From Ruditapes philippinarum (taxonomy: Eukaryota): a stretch of 64,000 nt of DNA. Positions within the stretch are counted from its first letter, which is position 1; each line of letters begins with the position of its first letter. Under the pieces are notes generated by a model. It ran no database searches. It was given only the letters and a program-made list of their open reading frames with translations, and had not been told where the DNA came from. The position numbers and the translations under genes are program-made. Location of the stretch: NCBI RefSeq assembly GCF_026571515.1, contig NW_026852009.1, positions 1-64,000 of the forward strand. Reading direction: 5' to 3'. This document shows positions 35,562-49,895 of the stretch, piece after piece.

Positions 35562-38500
35562 CAAAACAATACTGTATGATGAATATGTATATTTTCAATT
35601 TTTCAAAAGAAGATAAAGTCTTGTTCGTTCAAATCATTAGTCATAATATGTGTGACAATCTATTAGTTATAACATAATAAATGTCAAAAGATATCGGTTT
35701 CTATAAACAAAATAATAATTAACGTGTATATATATATATAAATTGCTTATATCTATGAATCTACATAATTAAGGTCGACATTGACATGACAAATTGGAAT
35801 AAACGTAGTCAATCCGCTTACTTTTTGTTATAGTGTTTAGTTTGTTAGTGTAGGTTAGACAGAAATACCGTATCCGTTCTTTGTACGAGCGTAGTCCTAC
35901 AATTGTGTTCAATGTCCTTAGGGAAGTTTTGAAAAATCGCGATTGGTGGGATTAATGGCATACGAATCGATGGAAAACAATAATTACTCATATATAATAA
36001 TCGTATTTGAGCAAACCTTTCCCAGAGAGCCAATGATTTAAATTAATACATTCAAGATATAAAACATGTCAACATAGCCTTAACTTCGCGTTTAACATTA
36101 TTTATGATTTTAATTTTTAGTATTATTATAACAATGTTATGAATCCCCCTATGTTTTGTATTCATTATCTTTAACTAAGACTTATTTTTACATATTTTTT
36201 CAAAATATCATACTGACTTTTTAAAGTGCCACTATTTTAATAATACATCTGAACCATTAATTTCAATGGTAATACAATCACGACTTACTCATAAATTCGT
36301 CGTTACGAAATAAACGGGCATATGTTTCAATTATAAGATTATAAATATCATTTATTTGTTGTGATTATTGATAACTGCCTGAGTTGTAGTTACTTGTTTC
36401 ACTTAAAATAAATAGCAATATTAGATTGTATTTACATTTATTTATACATTTGTCTAATCACGAAATCAGTCATATATTAACTTTTGTATTTAAAACATGG
36501 CATAATGTTATTTTTTTGCCTTTTATCTTATTATAAAAATCTCCATTTTTTATTAAAAAAATTTGAAATTCCGCAAAACAAAAAATAAAATTTTTTCCCG
36601 CATCTTGGTTCTTTTTTAAAAATTTAAACTTTTTGGGTTTTTCAATAACCCCCAAAATTTTAACCCCTTCTTAAGTGGGCCCCCTTTTTTCCAAATTTAT
36701 ATTTTGGGTTTTTTTAAAAATAAAATCTCTTATCTTTTATTTCAGAAAAAAAAAAAAAATATTTGCCCAATGGGGTGAAAAAAATACAAAAAAAGTTTAA
36801 ATTTTTTTAAACGTTTTTTAAATTAATTTTTTAGCATTTTTTTTTTGATTCTTTTATTTAAATTTCCAAAAGATGCCAAAATTGGGGGAAACAAAAAATC
36901 CCAAAACCAAAGGAAAAAAGAATTTGTTGAAATTTTTCGTGAAAAAAAAAATCAAAAAAAAATTTAAAAAATATTTAAAAATTTTTCACTTATTCTGAAA
37001 TTTTAAAATTTTTGATTTTTTAAACCCGATAAATAAAGTAATTTCCCCCAAAATTTTAATTTTTTAATGTTACATTTTTGGGTGAAAACAAATTTTTTTT
37101 GTTTTGTTTATGTTTTCCCCTTTTTTTACCTTTTTTTTAACCCCCGTTATAAAATAAACCTATGGGTTTTTGGGTTAACAATTTTTAAAAAAAATTCATC
37201 CCGAAATAAAAAAAATTAAACCCCCAGTAAAATAATGTTAACCCCCTCCCGGGAACCCGTTTTTTTACCCAAAAAGGGGTTAAAATTTTTACTGTTACCC
37301 CCCCAAAACCCAAAAGTGTTAAATTTTTTTTTATTACCCCCCAACAAAAACTTTTTGTTTTTATCTTTAAATATTAAACAACCCCAATTTAAAAACATTA
37401 AAAGAAATAGAATAACAAAACCCGTCCTTATTCCCAAATTTTATGTACCTTTTTTGAGAAGCTTTTTTTTTTTTTATTCTTTGAGCAAGTGATGATATCT
37501 ACCAGTCATAAACATACAATAAGCTGTGTTTTACTTAGAAAAAAAAAACATTAATCCATTTATAACGTTATGATCTGTGAAATCTGATCTTTCTGTATTC
37601 AGAATATTCTTCGCATGGTTTTTGACAAAGTGCATTTACAAAATAACGATGATATCTTACAGATGTCTGTCTTCCAACTCTATCTGTAACGATCACTTGT
37701 TAAACTTGTTTAATAATCCTTAGTTGCATGCTTTAATCGTCTGCATGTTCCAATTTGACACAAAATTATTCACATAACAATAACTTCCGTTGGAAACGGA
37801 TGTTTACTTTTTGACTATTCAACAAAAAGATATATTATATGCGAAAAAGAACTCTACGGTGCAAAGAACTAAATTTTATGAGAGTCATAGTTACTTTGGT
37901 GATGCTCTAGGCCCTATCGTCGAAAATAAGAATGAATCGAGAGAAAAATGGCGACCATTTCATTTCATTGTATTTAGGAAATAGACCACGTGACCAGATT
38001 TTATACTGTTAAAAATTACTGTTACCTATGTAACAGTACGAAATTCTTAGTAAGAATAACTCCCAGAGGCCTATGGGAAATTAACATTACGAAAAAAGTG
38101 AGGGGTAATAATTCAAGATACTGTGATTTTCATGAAAATGAAAAAATCTAAATCAACAATTGAAACTTGTCTGTAACGAGCTTTGTGAACATATGATGTG
38201 AATTGTGCGAGTTCATTTTAAAAAAAATATAAAACCCCGTATTGTTATTTGTTTCGTACGAATATTTACATAGTAAAAAGAGTTAATAGCCATTTATCCT
38301 TTGCATCAGTGTTGAATGTTAATTTCCATTAAAGGGACTCAAGGAAGTAAACTATTTATTTTGTAATCTTTTCGAGTTCACTTGTTTAAAATTTATTTAG
38401 AGGAAAGATAAAACTCACAGAAACATTTTTATAAATAACTTTGGGACTAAAACTCAAAGATTATATTGTGGTCTCGCCTTGGGATGTAGAAAGTAGCCAG

Positions 38501-38942
38501 GTAACGTATTGGAAAGCTATTGGCACACTGGCAATAGCTTTTGCAGAAGCGGTAGGTCTATCGCAGCGGCGGTGGAGTATTCGTCGCAGAAGCGGTGGAT
38601 AAAACATGGCCGTTTGCTGTTGTCGGTAGGTATTTGACTGAATTTTATTTTATGTTCTATTGTTTTACTGAAAACATTAAGTGAGACTGGAGCCCACATA
38701 TGTACTCTTTCAAGTTATTGCACACAAACGGTGCAATTTATTGTCGTTTATGTAAACACTTCTGTACAATTTGGCGAGCGGACGCCACTTTTGCCTAATT
38801 TTGGTTTAGACACATAAAGATTTGTGCAAAACGACCCCTTAATAGAGCTATGGCCAGCGTGCTATTTTGTCATGAAAAGAAAGGGGAATGGTGTTACTTA
38901 TATCTCCAAAAACTATTGCTTCAACACATCTTCTGACTACAA

Positions 38943-38944
38943 AA

Positions 38945-38992
<48 letters not shown>
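38943..38992. repeat. (AAT)n microsatellite
   Basis: Direct reading. Confidence 0.9.
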
Positions 38993-38994
<2 letters not shown>

Positions 38995-39501
38995 GTAAAT
39001 AAATACATAAAAGCAAATAAATAGATAAAAGCAAAAACAAAATAGAGCATTGTTTCTTTTGGCCAGATTATAAAAATGTCTAAAGCTAGAAGTATATATC
39101 TGACAATGTAAATAATGTTACAAAATTGGAATCTTTTGAAAAAATAAATTTTATCAATGTTTCGGTTAGTACAAAGAGATTTTATTATACGCATTGATAC
39201 AATCAGATTGCACGGATGTGAAGACATTAATGGTTCTATACTAGTGAAAAAGTCTTTTCACTTTTACACTTTCGGTTCCAGCAGGTTAAAAGCGGACGGT
39301 AGATTGATGTCGCTGTTTAATGTTGGTAAATATATAGAAATAAAAAAATTAGAAAAATGAAGTTTCATATTAACTTTTTTAACATGACAATTTACAGACA
39401 GCTATATAAATGTTCAAGGAATAACTTAACAATTTTTGCAACTACTTCACTGAAATAAAATGTCAATATGGTTCAATTGAGAGTACACACACACAATGCC
39501 C

Positions 39502-39532
<31 letters not shown>

Positions 39533-40750
39533 ACAACAAAAAACAAAACCAAAACAAAACAAAACAACAAAAAACAAGACAACAACAATATCTAACTTAC
39601 AAGCAGCATGGCAAAAGTAAAATCTTAATAACAGGCCATTTCTGTGCTAACTTGCTAAACGCAAAGTGTTCCATGAATATCACTACCAACAACTCTTTTT
39701 ACTAATTTTTCTTATTAAGACCAATATTTATCAAATGCTTCCCAATTAAATTGTACCTTCTTTTCAGTGTTATAGTAAAGATAAGTGTTCTCTTAAAGTA
39801 AAGTATACTAAGGGGTATATTTTTGTATCAGCGTGTCTTTATGTATCGTTTTTTGCAATTTGTAAAAGAAAATTTTAAGTAATGTCATAATTATTATTAT
39901 TGTATGTATTAGTCCAAAAAGAATTTCATCTCTTGATCAGTTATATGTGGGCATTTATGTTTTAAGTTTTTTTAGACTGCCAAAATTGCTTTATATGTTA
40001 ACATTCGTAAAACAGATGTACGATAGCTTCATCTGCCATTTCAAAAACCTTTTATCAACCTTGATGTCAATTGTAGTCAAGAAAATGTTTGCTGCTAAAT
40101 TTCTATGAGTAAGCTTCAAACGGAAATATTGGGAGATTTGTGTCAGCTGTTCCCCCCGCTGATTTGTATATATACTGTAAAAATAAATTAACGTATATCA
40201 TATAAATCTGTAGATACATTGGCAGATCTATAAAATGCAAAACATTTATGTTACAATACAGCTAATTGTAAAAGTAAAAGTTTACACGGCTTGTAAAAGG
40301 AATTTAAGAACTAACATATACGCAATCGAATGTACAAATAAATGGGCTTTGTTCATATCTAAATGTAACAAATAAGATAAAATGAAATAAAGACGATCAT
40401 GGAAAATTTATTGCTCATTTTTATTTATTTATTGACCATACATGAAATTTCCCGAGAAGGGACATAATTTGGATCCTTTTAAATATATGGTCTCATAATA
40501 CTAGTATATGTTAAATGTAAATTCTAAACATGCAAGAAAATGTTAAGGTTATGATGAATATTCATCCTGATCTATGATGATTACATGAAGTATATAAAAC
40601 TGATATCGGTTCAGATAAAAATATATCATTAAACTATGCACAATAAATCATTTTTAATTGGTAAAATGTTTGGATAATGTCCTGTTTTATTTCGTACATA
40701 TATCTTTCATCAGATAAGACATAGATGTTTTGAAAGTTATTCATAGTTAA

Positions 40751-43700
40751 TCAGTCGTCTTTAACTAAACAGTACATGTATAGAGTTATGCAGAATATCA
40801 TCAGCCAGTCCACTATTATATACCATCCAAGGAAGTCTCCAAAAAAACATTCTGTCCATATGAAATGCGTACCTAAAATAGATTGATCTAATTATATGTT
40901 ATGTAATTATTTTGATTCAACTATTATGATACAATTTATTTGAGATTTTTTTTATTATTAGCTCAGCTATATTAATAAGGAACATATCTCTGTTTACAAG
41001 AAAGAATTAAAGTAACTGAATGATAAGCAGTCACACTGCTGCACGTGTCGTAATTTGAATAACTTAAAACTATAATGACCCTCAAACCTTACTAGGGAAT
41101 GTTATATTACATACAGAGGACATGATCAAATAACCACAAGGTGTTAGAAAAACATCCCCATTTCGTTTACAACAAAGCAAGGGCCAAACTAATGGAACTG
41201 GTGAATTTAAAATAAAACAAAGAACGCAATTAATTTCATGCTTTCCAGTGTTTTACTGTTATACATCAGATGATTGTATTCTGATAAACCACAAGTGAAA
41301 TTTATAAGATATAATTTCACTGTAGCATAACTATATCTGAATGCGGGTGAAAATAATATCATAACTAAATGGAATAACAGGCAAAAATAAATGCCGTCAT
41401 GCGTAAATTTTGCTTATACAGAAAATGAAAGTCGATGTCACCATAAATCATTTTAAAATGTAACGACATTAGAGAAATTTAACAGAACTATATTTCAAAA
41501 TTGATGATGTGACGCCATGATGTGATGACATCATAAAGGAGAATGCGCGACGTTACTCGGTAAAATCATTGAACAATACTTAGAAGCATCACTTATAAAG
41601 CATGTAATTAAAAGAAAATTTATTTGTTTTGCATATTAGATTGATATATATTTCATTCGTGAACACCAGCTATTCTATTGTCACTCGTGGCTATGCCACT
41701 CGTGAAAATTACGCATCTGGTGTTCACTCAGTGAAATATATTTCAATCTAACATGCAAAACAAAACATATCGTGTATGTAGAACAACGACATACCAAAAC
41801 CCGTCACTATAACTGAAGCCAGTATTAGAACCAAGAAAAGATATTTACGATAACGACATTTCACATTTCGCCAAAGAGTTATTGCAATAATGAAATCAGA
41901 TGCTCCTTTAAGCATTTGAGAAATGACACAACCGTTCCATGTGCTTGTGAAAGGACCAGAAAATAAACCTGTGGTAAAAAAGAATACACAATAGGATAGT
42001 GGAACACACATAAAAGTAACAACATAAACCGATGTCCTATCACACTTTTAATGTAATGTTCATTTCAATAAGTCAAAGTTTGAGGAGGCAGATATCACGA
42101 AGGCAGATAAATATGTTTGCATAACAAAATAACTGTGTATGCGAATTAAAGTTCTGAGGATTCTGTGTAAAGTTTCTGGTTAATTAATTTAGATAAGCTA
42201 TTCTATACGGTCTAATCATTTATATTAAAAAGAAATGAAAAGATATTTCCTAAAGATTACTAGATTTTTCATCTATTATTAACAATAACGTCATATTCTT
42301 ACCTAAAAGAACTCTTGCAATAGCAACTAAGATTAAATGCAACATACAAACTGAAAACATAAAAAAGTGACTTTGTAGTAATAACAGCATGTATCTTTAA
42401 GAGAACAAAACCTCTGATACCCCCTACGATTCAATTGTGCAGCTAAGAACTATATTAATGGATATCTTGCGATGTTTTTAGTTTTTGTTTCAAATACTGT
42501 CTATTACTCTGAGAATTATAGTTTAACCATGATAGTGAAAATTAAGACATTTTAGATGTTGAGTCAAACAGGATAGAGTTTCTGCTCAGATACAACTTGA
42601 CGTTGGTAAATCATATTGTATTATTAGCCAGCCCGCAATGCTAAATCGGTTAGAACGCGAGACTTTATGGGTCCGATTCCAAGACTGGCCAACTAAAATT
42701 ACTTAATTAGTCTTTCGGATGAGACTTCCGAGTATGAGTGATTAATTACTTGGCACGTTGAAGAACCAGTAGAAGCTTTTGGAATGTGGGCATCTTTCTG
42801 TATCTGTATCCTTCACTATCCTCTAAAATATATAATGACTAATACTCTACTTGAGGACCCATCTATATGGACAACCGGTGGCAAGTACAAATAATCTCAA
42901 ATACACACACGTGACAAAACATTCGTTTGGCTGCATGACCCTGTGATTAGTCTATCGGACTAGTCATCTAAGGATTGCTTTCCGCATTAGTTCAAACCCC
43001 GTCACGGACAAGTCGTTGTTTCCGCGAGCAAGAAACTTTACACATGTTGCTTAGTACTGACTGATTACAGGACTTGAGGGGGTTTCAATAAGCTTATACC
43101 TTCTAATTTTTGGAGGGAGTTTGCATCGCACCAACACATTCTTCGAACTAAAATGAATTAGAACTAAATTTTTCTTTCAGAAGAGCACCAATAAATGTTA
43201 TATTATATACACCATTAACGAATACACTTATATAAATTTGAAAAAAGTTAAAATTCTCGCTTCTTGTGCTATGAACAACAAAGACACAGTAAATAAAATA
43301 AAAATACAGAACATAAATATTTTAAACAAAACAAATGCGAAATTTCACCACATGAACAGTTACTTTTACAGCATAAATATAAGATTATACAATATAAGTA
43401 TGCTTTATATCACATAAAAATATTTTTAGAATTTTGCAACGTTCCACACACCATAGATTACGTGGTACTTATATTATGTACCTTTCTATCAATATCTATT
43501 TTTTTTATTATGTAGTAACTTATTTACCTCCAAATGCCGCGGCTTTAATACACGACCGACAACAGACACATTCTGAAAAATGTAAATATAGCATAAATGT
43601 TGAAAAAGTATTTGATATATGCGTGTAACTGTCAATTCCTACGATTCAATATAACGGTCTTGGACAAATAAGTGACTCTATTTTCATTAATATTTTGATA

Positions 43701-45486
43701 AAATATTTACTCACATTGCACTGTAGCAACATATATAAGCTGATCACAAACTTAGCTCACGCGTAAACTGTTTATGTTGAAATGCACAAGGTAGTAGATA
43801 CAGCAAACTACTATATTGCAGGCTATATGTTGTATTTGTACATCCATTTTTAATAAAGCTTTACTCTTTAATTGTAATTAATAGCCGAAGTTATTGTCAT
43901 TATCTTGGTCGTATATGAAGACGTAAACGTCGTAGTCGAAATGGTCATGGTTGTAGTCTTGATCATGGGTCATGTATGTAGTCGTAGTTTGGACGAAACA
44001 ATCTTACAGTNNNNNNNNNNNNNNNNNNNNNNNNNNNNNNNNNNNNNNNNNNNNNNNNNNNNNNNNNNNNNNNNNNNNNNNNNNNNNNNNNNNNNNNNNN
44101 NNNNNNNNNNNNNNNNNNNNNNNNNNNNNNNNNNNNNNNNNNNAACGTAGGGTTATGCCTAAGAAATGATTAATTTTTAATTTCTTATGAATTACCTGAT
44201 TTGTTATAAGAATACGTTTGTGGTCTCTGATTGATTGCTGGGCCATTATTGCTCCTGAAATAGATTGTGTATCCTTTAAGATTTACCATTTTTCACCCTC
44301 ACGTTTTATAAACATTATTCATTTGCTTAGAAATTGCAAAGTCTTTTTTTATCAAACATTCGGTTTTCCGGATTTCATTTATAATAACGAACTAGAGCAC
44401 TTTAGATAAATTGCAGCACTTTTGTTAATTATACGTGTACGTTTAATTTTCAACAGTGCTGATACGTGATAGATGTTTTCAAATTATTACAAAATAAACA
44501 TAGGATTTGCGTGATTATACTATTTATGTGGCCATCCTAAAAACAAATGAACTGAAAACAATACCGTAATTTATCACTAATTTAGTATGCTCTGTATTCT
44601 AATCATGCACAAGTCGATGTTATATTCTTATTAAATGTGAAACAACATAAAACTTGCAATCATCTTTACATAGTTTTAAAGCAAGATTAATTTTCATACA
44701 ACAAAATAAAAAAAATGTATAATTTATCATTCTACTTTGTAATAAAATTTCTGATTTAAATCCTTGCAGAACACAACATTACCTGATCACTCGGTCAGCC
44801 AAACGTCTATCTCCTGCAGCTTCAACTCTTTCTGAAATAGTTGTTAAAATCCCTTGACTTGAGAAAGATGTTTCTGCATAGTGATTATTTTGTTCTCCGT
44901 ATTGTCGAGTTTTCACTGGAGCAAATGTATCAACGTAGTACTCTTTTCGACACAAGGGACATTTGAAAGTGTTTCCCTCTGAACTGAATTATTGTTAAAC
45001 AATATCATTATTGCATACCAGTAGTTGAAATTATATTCAAAAATTTACATATAAGATATCATTTTTCTGAACATTATACTTATAATTATACCAACTGACA
45101 ACAGAACCATAATAGTTATAGTCAATCGAAGTCGTCGGCGTAGAAGTATAACATCAACAAAAATGTATGCATATTACGAGTTTAACAAAACTTTACTAAT
45201 GTATATTAAACGTTTGAAACTTATACCTATCAGAAAATACACATGTTTATATATATAATCATACACAATTACATTTAGTTGGTTATTTGTGTGTTTTTGT
45301 TCAATTAAAGACGTTATAACTTAAATTATACCATTTGATCAAGTCTTGAAGACATGGTTCACATATCATGTGAATACATGGAAGGAACCTGGTTCGTATT
45401 TCGCGTTCACGACAAACAGGGCACAACTCCTTGTCGGTTTCTACATCGTTAGGGACAGGCAACTGAATTCTGATCTCCGAACTCAT
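40751..45486 (-). CDS. RING-4TM gene C: intact 7-exon model, 267 aa
   Basis: Exons (minus strand) 45486-45332, 44983-44783, 44254-44196, 43572-43528, 42350-42303, 41968-41795, 40872-40751 (804 nt, in frame, GT-AG). RING CPVC-x11-CIH-x2-CEPC-x14-CPLCR. TMs: VCMLHLILVAIARVLLG, SQMLKGASDFIIAITL, LFLVLILASVIVTGFG, FLGWYIIVDWLMIFCITLY. An N-gap lies in intron 3. Confidence 0.85.
41620..41765. repeat. Inverted-repeat element end (possibly Crypton-type non-autonomous)
   Basis: ttgttttgcatattagattga...gtgaacaccag and ctggtgttcac...tcaatctaacatgcaaaacaa flank cactcgtggctatgccactcgtg. Confidence 0.5.
42625..42910 (+). mobile_element. tRNA-headed SINE with V-domain-like core
   Basis: A/B-box-like head (gctaaatcggttagaacg...ggtccgattcc), core gtctttcggatgagac and ggcacgttgaagaacc, (CA)n tail; absent from gene D. 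Confidence 0.55.
42940..43100 (+). mobile_element. CORE-type SINE remnant; paralogous copy at ~51090-51240
   Basis: gttcaaacccc...gttgtttccgcgagcaagaaactttacacatgttgcttagtactg resembles the CORE domain; same intron position in C and D. Confidence 0.5.
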
Positions 45487-45945
45487 TTTATATCCGAGAC
45501 AAAATTGACATCGACGTTGAAATGGGAATTTAAAAATTCTGGAAACCAAACGTAGTTTCTTCACAGTCTTATTTATAACAACTTGTAAACGATTACATCG
45601 GGTCAATGTGATAAGTACATGTTTGTGCATACCAAAACGGTAACCTAAATATTCATATTGTTTATGTACGTGCTATCAAAAATCAAAATAATTTCCAACT
45701 GGCTTATTTACTTAAGTACTGGTCGAAAAACACATACATGTTTAAATAAAACTCAAATATGATCTGTGCAAAGACAATTATAGCGACAATTTATGAAATC
45801 AGAAGCATATTTAAATACAATAAGTGTGTATTGGTTATATTGTAAAAGTTATTGATTACAAAATATGAAAATGATGTATTAATAAATTTAAGTTTCATTC
45901 TTTCAAAATAACAACAAAAATAATAATAAAACATATAACGCTTAC

Positions 45946-46340
45946 CTTCAACCAATAATCACAACCAGATGACTATGTTATGTGTTTTTTAGATCGATTG
46001 TATTGATAAGTTTTACATTTATTTGCCCAATTGATTGAAACGTACTTCCTTGTTCATATCTGCATAGTTCGGTTGTGAGATGATTTGGGTTTTCAATCAA
46101 CTTTTATTGTTGTTATATCTAGATTGTATTTACAAATATGTTCATTTTGTAATTTACTATATGAATAGATACATAACGAAACAAAACACTCTTTCGGAGC
46201 AAAGAAACAAGCCTCGTGTTGGTGGTAAAGTTAAGATCAATCCACATATTCCATGATGTTTATGGTTCGTCGTGATTATTTCTATGCGGATTTCTATTTA
46301 CGAAGGAGAGTCAGCATATTATGCTCAATTGTGGCGGACT
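45946..46340 (-). promoter_or_regulatory. Candidate non-coding first exon and promoter of gene C; homologous block for gene D at ~61823-62815
   Basis: A strong minus-strand donor AAG|GTAAGC lies at 45946 and 61823 within conserved non-coding blocks (acttccttgtt..at.tgcatagttc at ~46045 and ~62433). Confidence 0.45.
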
Positions 46341-46360
46341 AGTCTATATGATACACCAAG

Positions 46361-47648
46361 CGAAATATTAATTCGTTTTTACGAAATATTATTTCGTAAT
46401 TACGAAATATTAATTCGTAATTAAGAAATATTATTTCGTAATAACGAAATATTATTTCGTAATTACGTAATATTAATTCGTAAAAACGAAATGTTATTTC
46501 GTAATTACGAAAAAATAATTCGTAAATACGAAATAATCTTTCGTAAAAAAGAATTAATTTTTTTCTAGTGTTTCAAAGAGTTTTGATAAAAGTTATAAAT
46601 AAGGCCTTAAAACTAAGTTTCGGCATGTTAATGCAATATAAATAGTGCCTTTTGTTTTCCCCAAGCTTTTTAACTTAACACTATTGTATATTAATTAAAA
46701 TAATCGCCTGTCATTGAGCCAGAGCCGTGATAGTACACGCGCTAGGAAAATTTAGTTAAAAAGGGGGTACTGTGCTTCAAATCCAAAAACGGACATTTAT
46801 TTTCTGTTTCATTTTGTCGAAATTATTGAGTTTTGAAATAAATTATTATGTTTTTATGATCATACGGTGCCCATACATAAATTGTAAGGAAATATTCTAA
46901 ATTGATTAGATTAGTGAAACACTTGAGCACCCCCTCGCCCCTTTAGTTTAACTAATGTTAGAGTATATGATAAAAGAAAGGAATAATATAGCAAGTTTCT
47001 GTTTTAAAGAAACATGTCATAAAAGATTAATTGCCTCAAACATTAAAACATTGTTGATAGGAACATGTATTTGACAATTGGGAAAAAGAAACCATTTTGG
47101 ATAGAGAATGACTTCTCACTCAAAAAACTCTGTTCATTTAAATTTAATAACTTGAGAACCATTCGGCTTATAATCGCAAGGTTGATCAAGGCTTGTAAAT
47201 GACCCATTTGTGAGATTAGTAGGTTGTTTGTCAAGCTCACAATAACCTTAAATAAGAGTTCGTAAAACTGAATTAATATTTCGTAATTACGAAATAATAT
47301 TTCGTAATTACGAAATAATAATTACGAAATAACATTTCATAAAAACGAATTAATGTTTCGTAAATATGAATTAATATTTCGTAAAAACGAATTATTATTT
47401 CGTAAAAACAAATTATTATTTCGTTATTACGAAATAACATTTCGTTTTTACGAATTAATATTTCGTAATTACGAAATAATATTTCGAAATTACGAAATAA
47501 TATTTCGCAAAAACGAATTAGTATGTCGTAAATACGAATTAATATTTCGTAAAAACGAATTAACATTTCGTAAAAACGAATTAATATTTCGTAAAAACGA
47601 ATTAAATGCCAGGGGAAAAGTGTCAAGAATGTCACCTTAGGGGCTCCG
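46361..47648. mobile_element. Foldback-type non-autonomous DNA element with inverted arrays of a 21-bp near-palindromic repeat; left terminus deleted
   Basis: acgaaatattatttcgtaatt-type units at 46361-46550 and, inverted, at 47260-47605. The right end is ...gtcaccttaggggctccg followed by TA. Confidence 0.75.
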
Positions 47649-47679
47649 TACGTTCGAAACCTGATGTTTTACGATACAG

Positions 47680-47813
47680 ATATGAGTATAAAATACTTTC
47701 AAATGCCCTATGTCCACAAGAGTACTACGTTGATACGTTTGCTCCTGTAAAAATCGTAAAGATAAACAGCAAAGTAATCACACTACAAAGCATCTTCCTC
47801 AAGTCCAGGGAAT
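47680..47813 (+). pseudogene. Decayed plus-strand copy of RING-4TM exon 2, head-to-head with gene C
   Basis: aatactttcaaatgccctatgtccacaagagtactacgttgatacgtttgctcctgtaaaa matches gene C exon 2 (NTFKCP...EYYVDTFAPVK) with a frameshift, then catcttcctcaagtccaggg. Confidence 0.75.
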
Positions 47814-49895
47814 ATGCAGTCATTTTGCAATCATTTAAAAGACCGAGGCTGGAAGTTTTGAGAGTAGTAAAATACAGCCTCAGAATGCTACTTTACACAA
47901 TTCTTCTTTCATTATATAACCATAAGTTCTAAGTCGAAAAGTGATCCAATTTACTGACCTTGTATTAACCATTCCACAAAACAAAATATAGCTGTCAAGA
48001 AATAATATTAATGACGTACGGATGAATACATCAGTTTTGAAAATAGGCCTCGCCCTCAGTAGCATATATGTATTGAAATAAAACTGAAATAGCCTCAGAA
48101 ATATTATAAAAAAATACAGTAAAGCGACGTAAATCTAAAGGTGATTCTGCTTTGGAAATATATTTCCCATGAATCTAGGGTAACTATAAGAGCAGAGACA
48201 GAGACAGATTCACATTATCTGAGGCGTGCACAAGACAGAGATGGTACACAACAGGTCCAGGCGAAGTAATCCTAAGTATCAGGGACAATATTGGTCGACT
48301 AATACAAGATGATGATCCTAAAATATGTCTTGAAGGAAATTTTCCTTTCCTTCCACGATTTGAGGATATGTCAACATATTTTGCAAATGATTTCTAATGA
48401 GGCGAATGGTGCGGCCCGGCAAGGAAGCAAAAGGTCTCGTACATGTGGTTCATTCCGAACCGAGTAAAAACTAAATCACACACGCTTTTGAGTTGTTGTC
48501 GCTGTTGTCATCAGCCAGAAAAATCATACAAATAGAAATTATTGATGACCAGCTAACTATCAAAAGTGGCTTAAGAGAAGTTATACATAATAGCAAAAGC
48601 TATTGCATTATATTGGTTAAAGTGTGGTCATTAAAGCTATCTGTATTATATTGCTTCATTGACAACGCTGCCACTTAAATGTTACGAAATTTCATAATGA
48701 AAACTAAAGTGACATTAAACAAAAGAGAATGGTGTTACAATTATTTACTGATTTTCATGCTTCTGGACACCTTTAAGCTACAATCTAGAACACTGTTTCT
48801 ATTTACCAGGTTTATTTCTTAGGATGTGAAATATGGGAACTGATTATGATAATAATACCTTTTAAGTTTCGGTTCATTAAATATTAGATTTATAACTACT
48901 AGTATTGCGCATTTGAAACAATAAGACTGCACAAATGTGGAGGCTGGCATGCTTCTATACTGTTGATGAAGTTTTTTCACTTTCGGTTCCATCAGGTTAA
49001 AAGCAGATGCATTCCTTTGAACGATGTCGAATGTAAAGAAGAGAATGAAGTTTCATAATAATCTTTGGTCACTTTGGCAGATCAATGATCAGGCAAAACA
49101 GTAAAATTGGTAATTATGTTAGAATATACAATATTCACTGAACGAGATTTAAAAGGAAAATTTACACGGCTTATAAACGGAATTTTTGAAACTCTTACAT
49201 AAACACGCCCTGATGACGCATTTAAATATTTTAAATAGAGATGCTTTGTTCAAATTTTATTGGCGACAAAATAACATACAATAAGAAAAGACTATCACAT
49301 ACAACTTATTATGCTTTTTTGTATTTTTGAACATACATGCAACTTTAACGCTACTCCCTGATGAGTGAGGTATTTTGGATCCTAACCTATTTTAATAAAT
49401 ATCTTACAATATTGGTAAGTGTTAAAAGTAAAAATTCCAAACATGCAAGAACATGTAGATGCTATGATGAATATTCATAATAAGTTACACAGAATCATTC
49501 AACTAGAGATGAAGTTTAACTGAGCAATACAATTTCCTGATACATCGTAGGTTATATAAAACTTTCAATGGAATAAATGATTTGGTAAAGCTAATCTATA
49601 TTCAGTTCAGATAAACACAATGTTTTAGATATATCATTAAAAAGTTCAAACAAAATCACTTCTTAATAAGTACAATACATAGATAATGTCTTGTTTCTTT
49701 CGTACCATATTTTAAGCATGTAAGACAGAAATGTTTTGTTATTCACACATAATTCGTCTTAATAGTAGACACTAGACATTCTATTTTATTGCAAATAGGC
49801 TTTAAAGCCCATAAGGGTACATGTATGCAAAATAACTAACAGTGCTTGACATCTACATATATAAACAATATCAACAATCTTAAAAGATTTGGTGA

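Noticed and set aside
36550-37480. Homopolymer-rich region with K/F/P-rich ORFs
   Set aside because: Runs of A, T, C and G typical of unpolished long-read consensus; similar at ~11400-11600.
39496-39705. Poly-Pro/Lys ORF
   Set aside because: Poly-C plus (AAAAC)n low-complexity tract.
43706-43730. Possible micro-exon (acag-tgcaatg...gtaaat), similar at ~51808-51830
   Set aside because: Implied lengths and phases differ between C and D, and the gene models are in frame without it.
46361-46550. CRISPR-like palindromic repeat array
   Set aside because: Units are contiguous with no unique spacers, the context is eukaryotic and there are no cas genes.
47273-47640. Heptad-repeat ORFs (LIRFYEI / FRKNELI) on both strands
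   Set aside because: Translation artefacts of the 21-bp tandem repeat in a foldback element.
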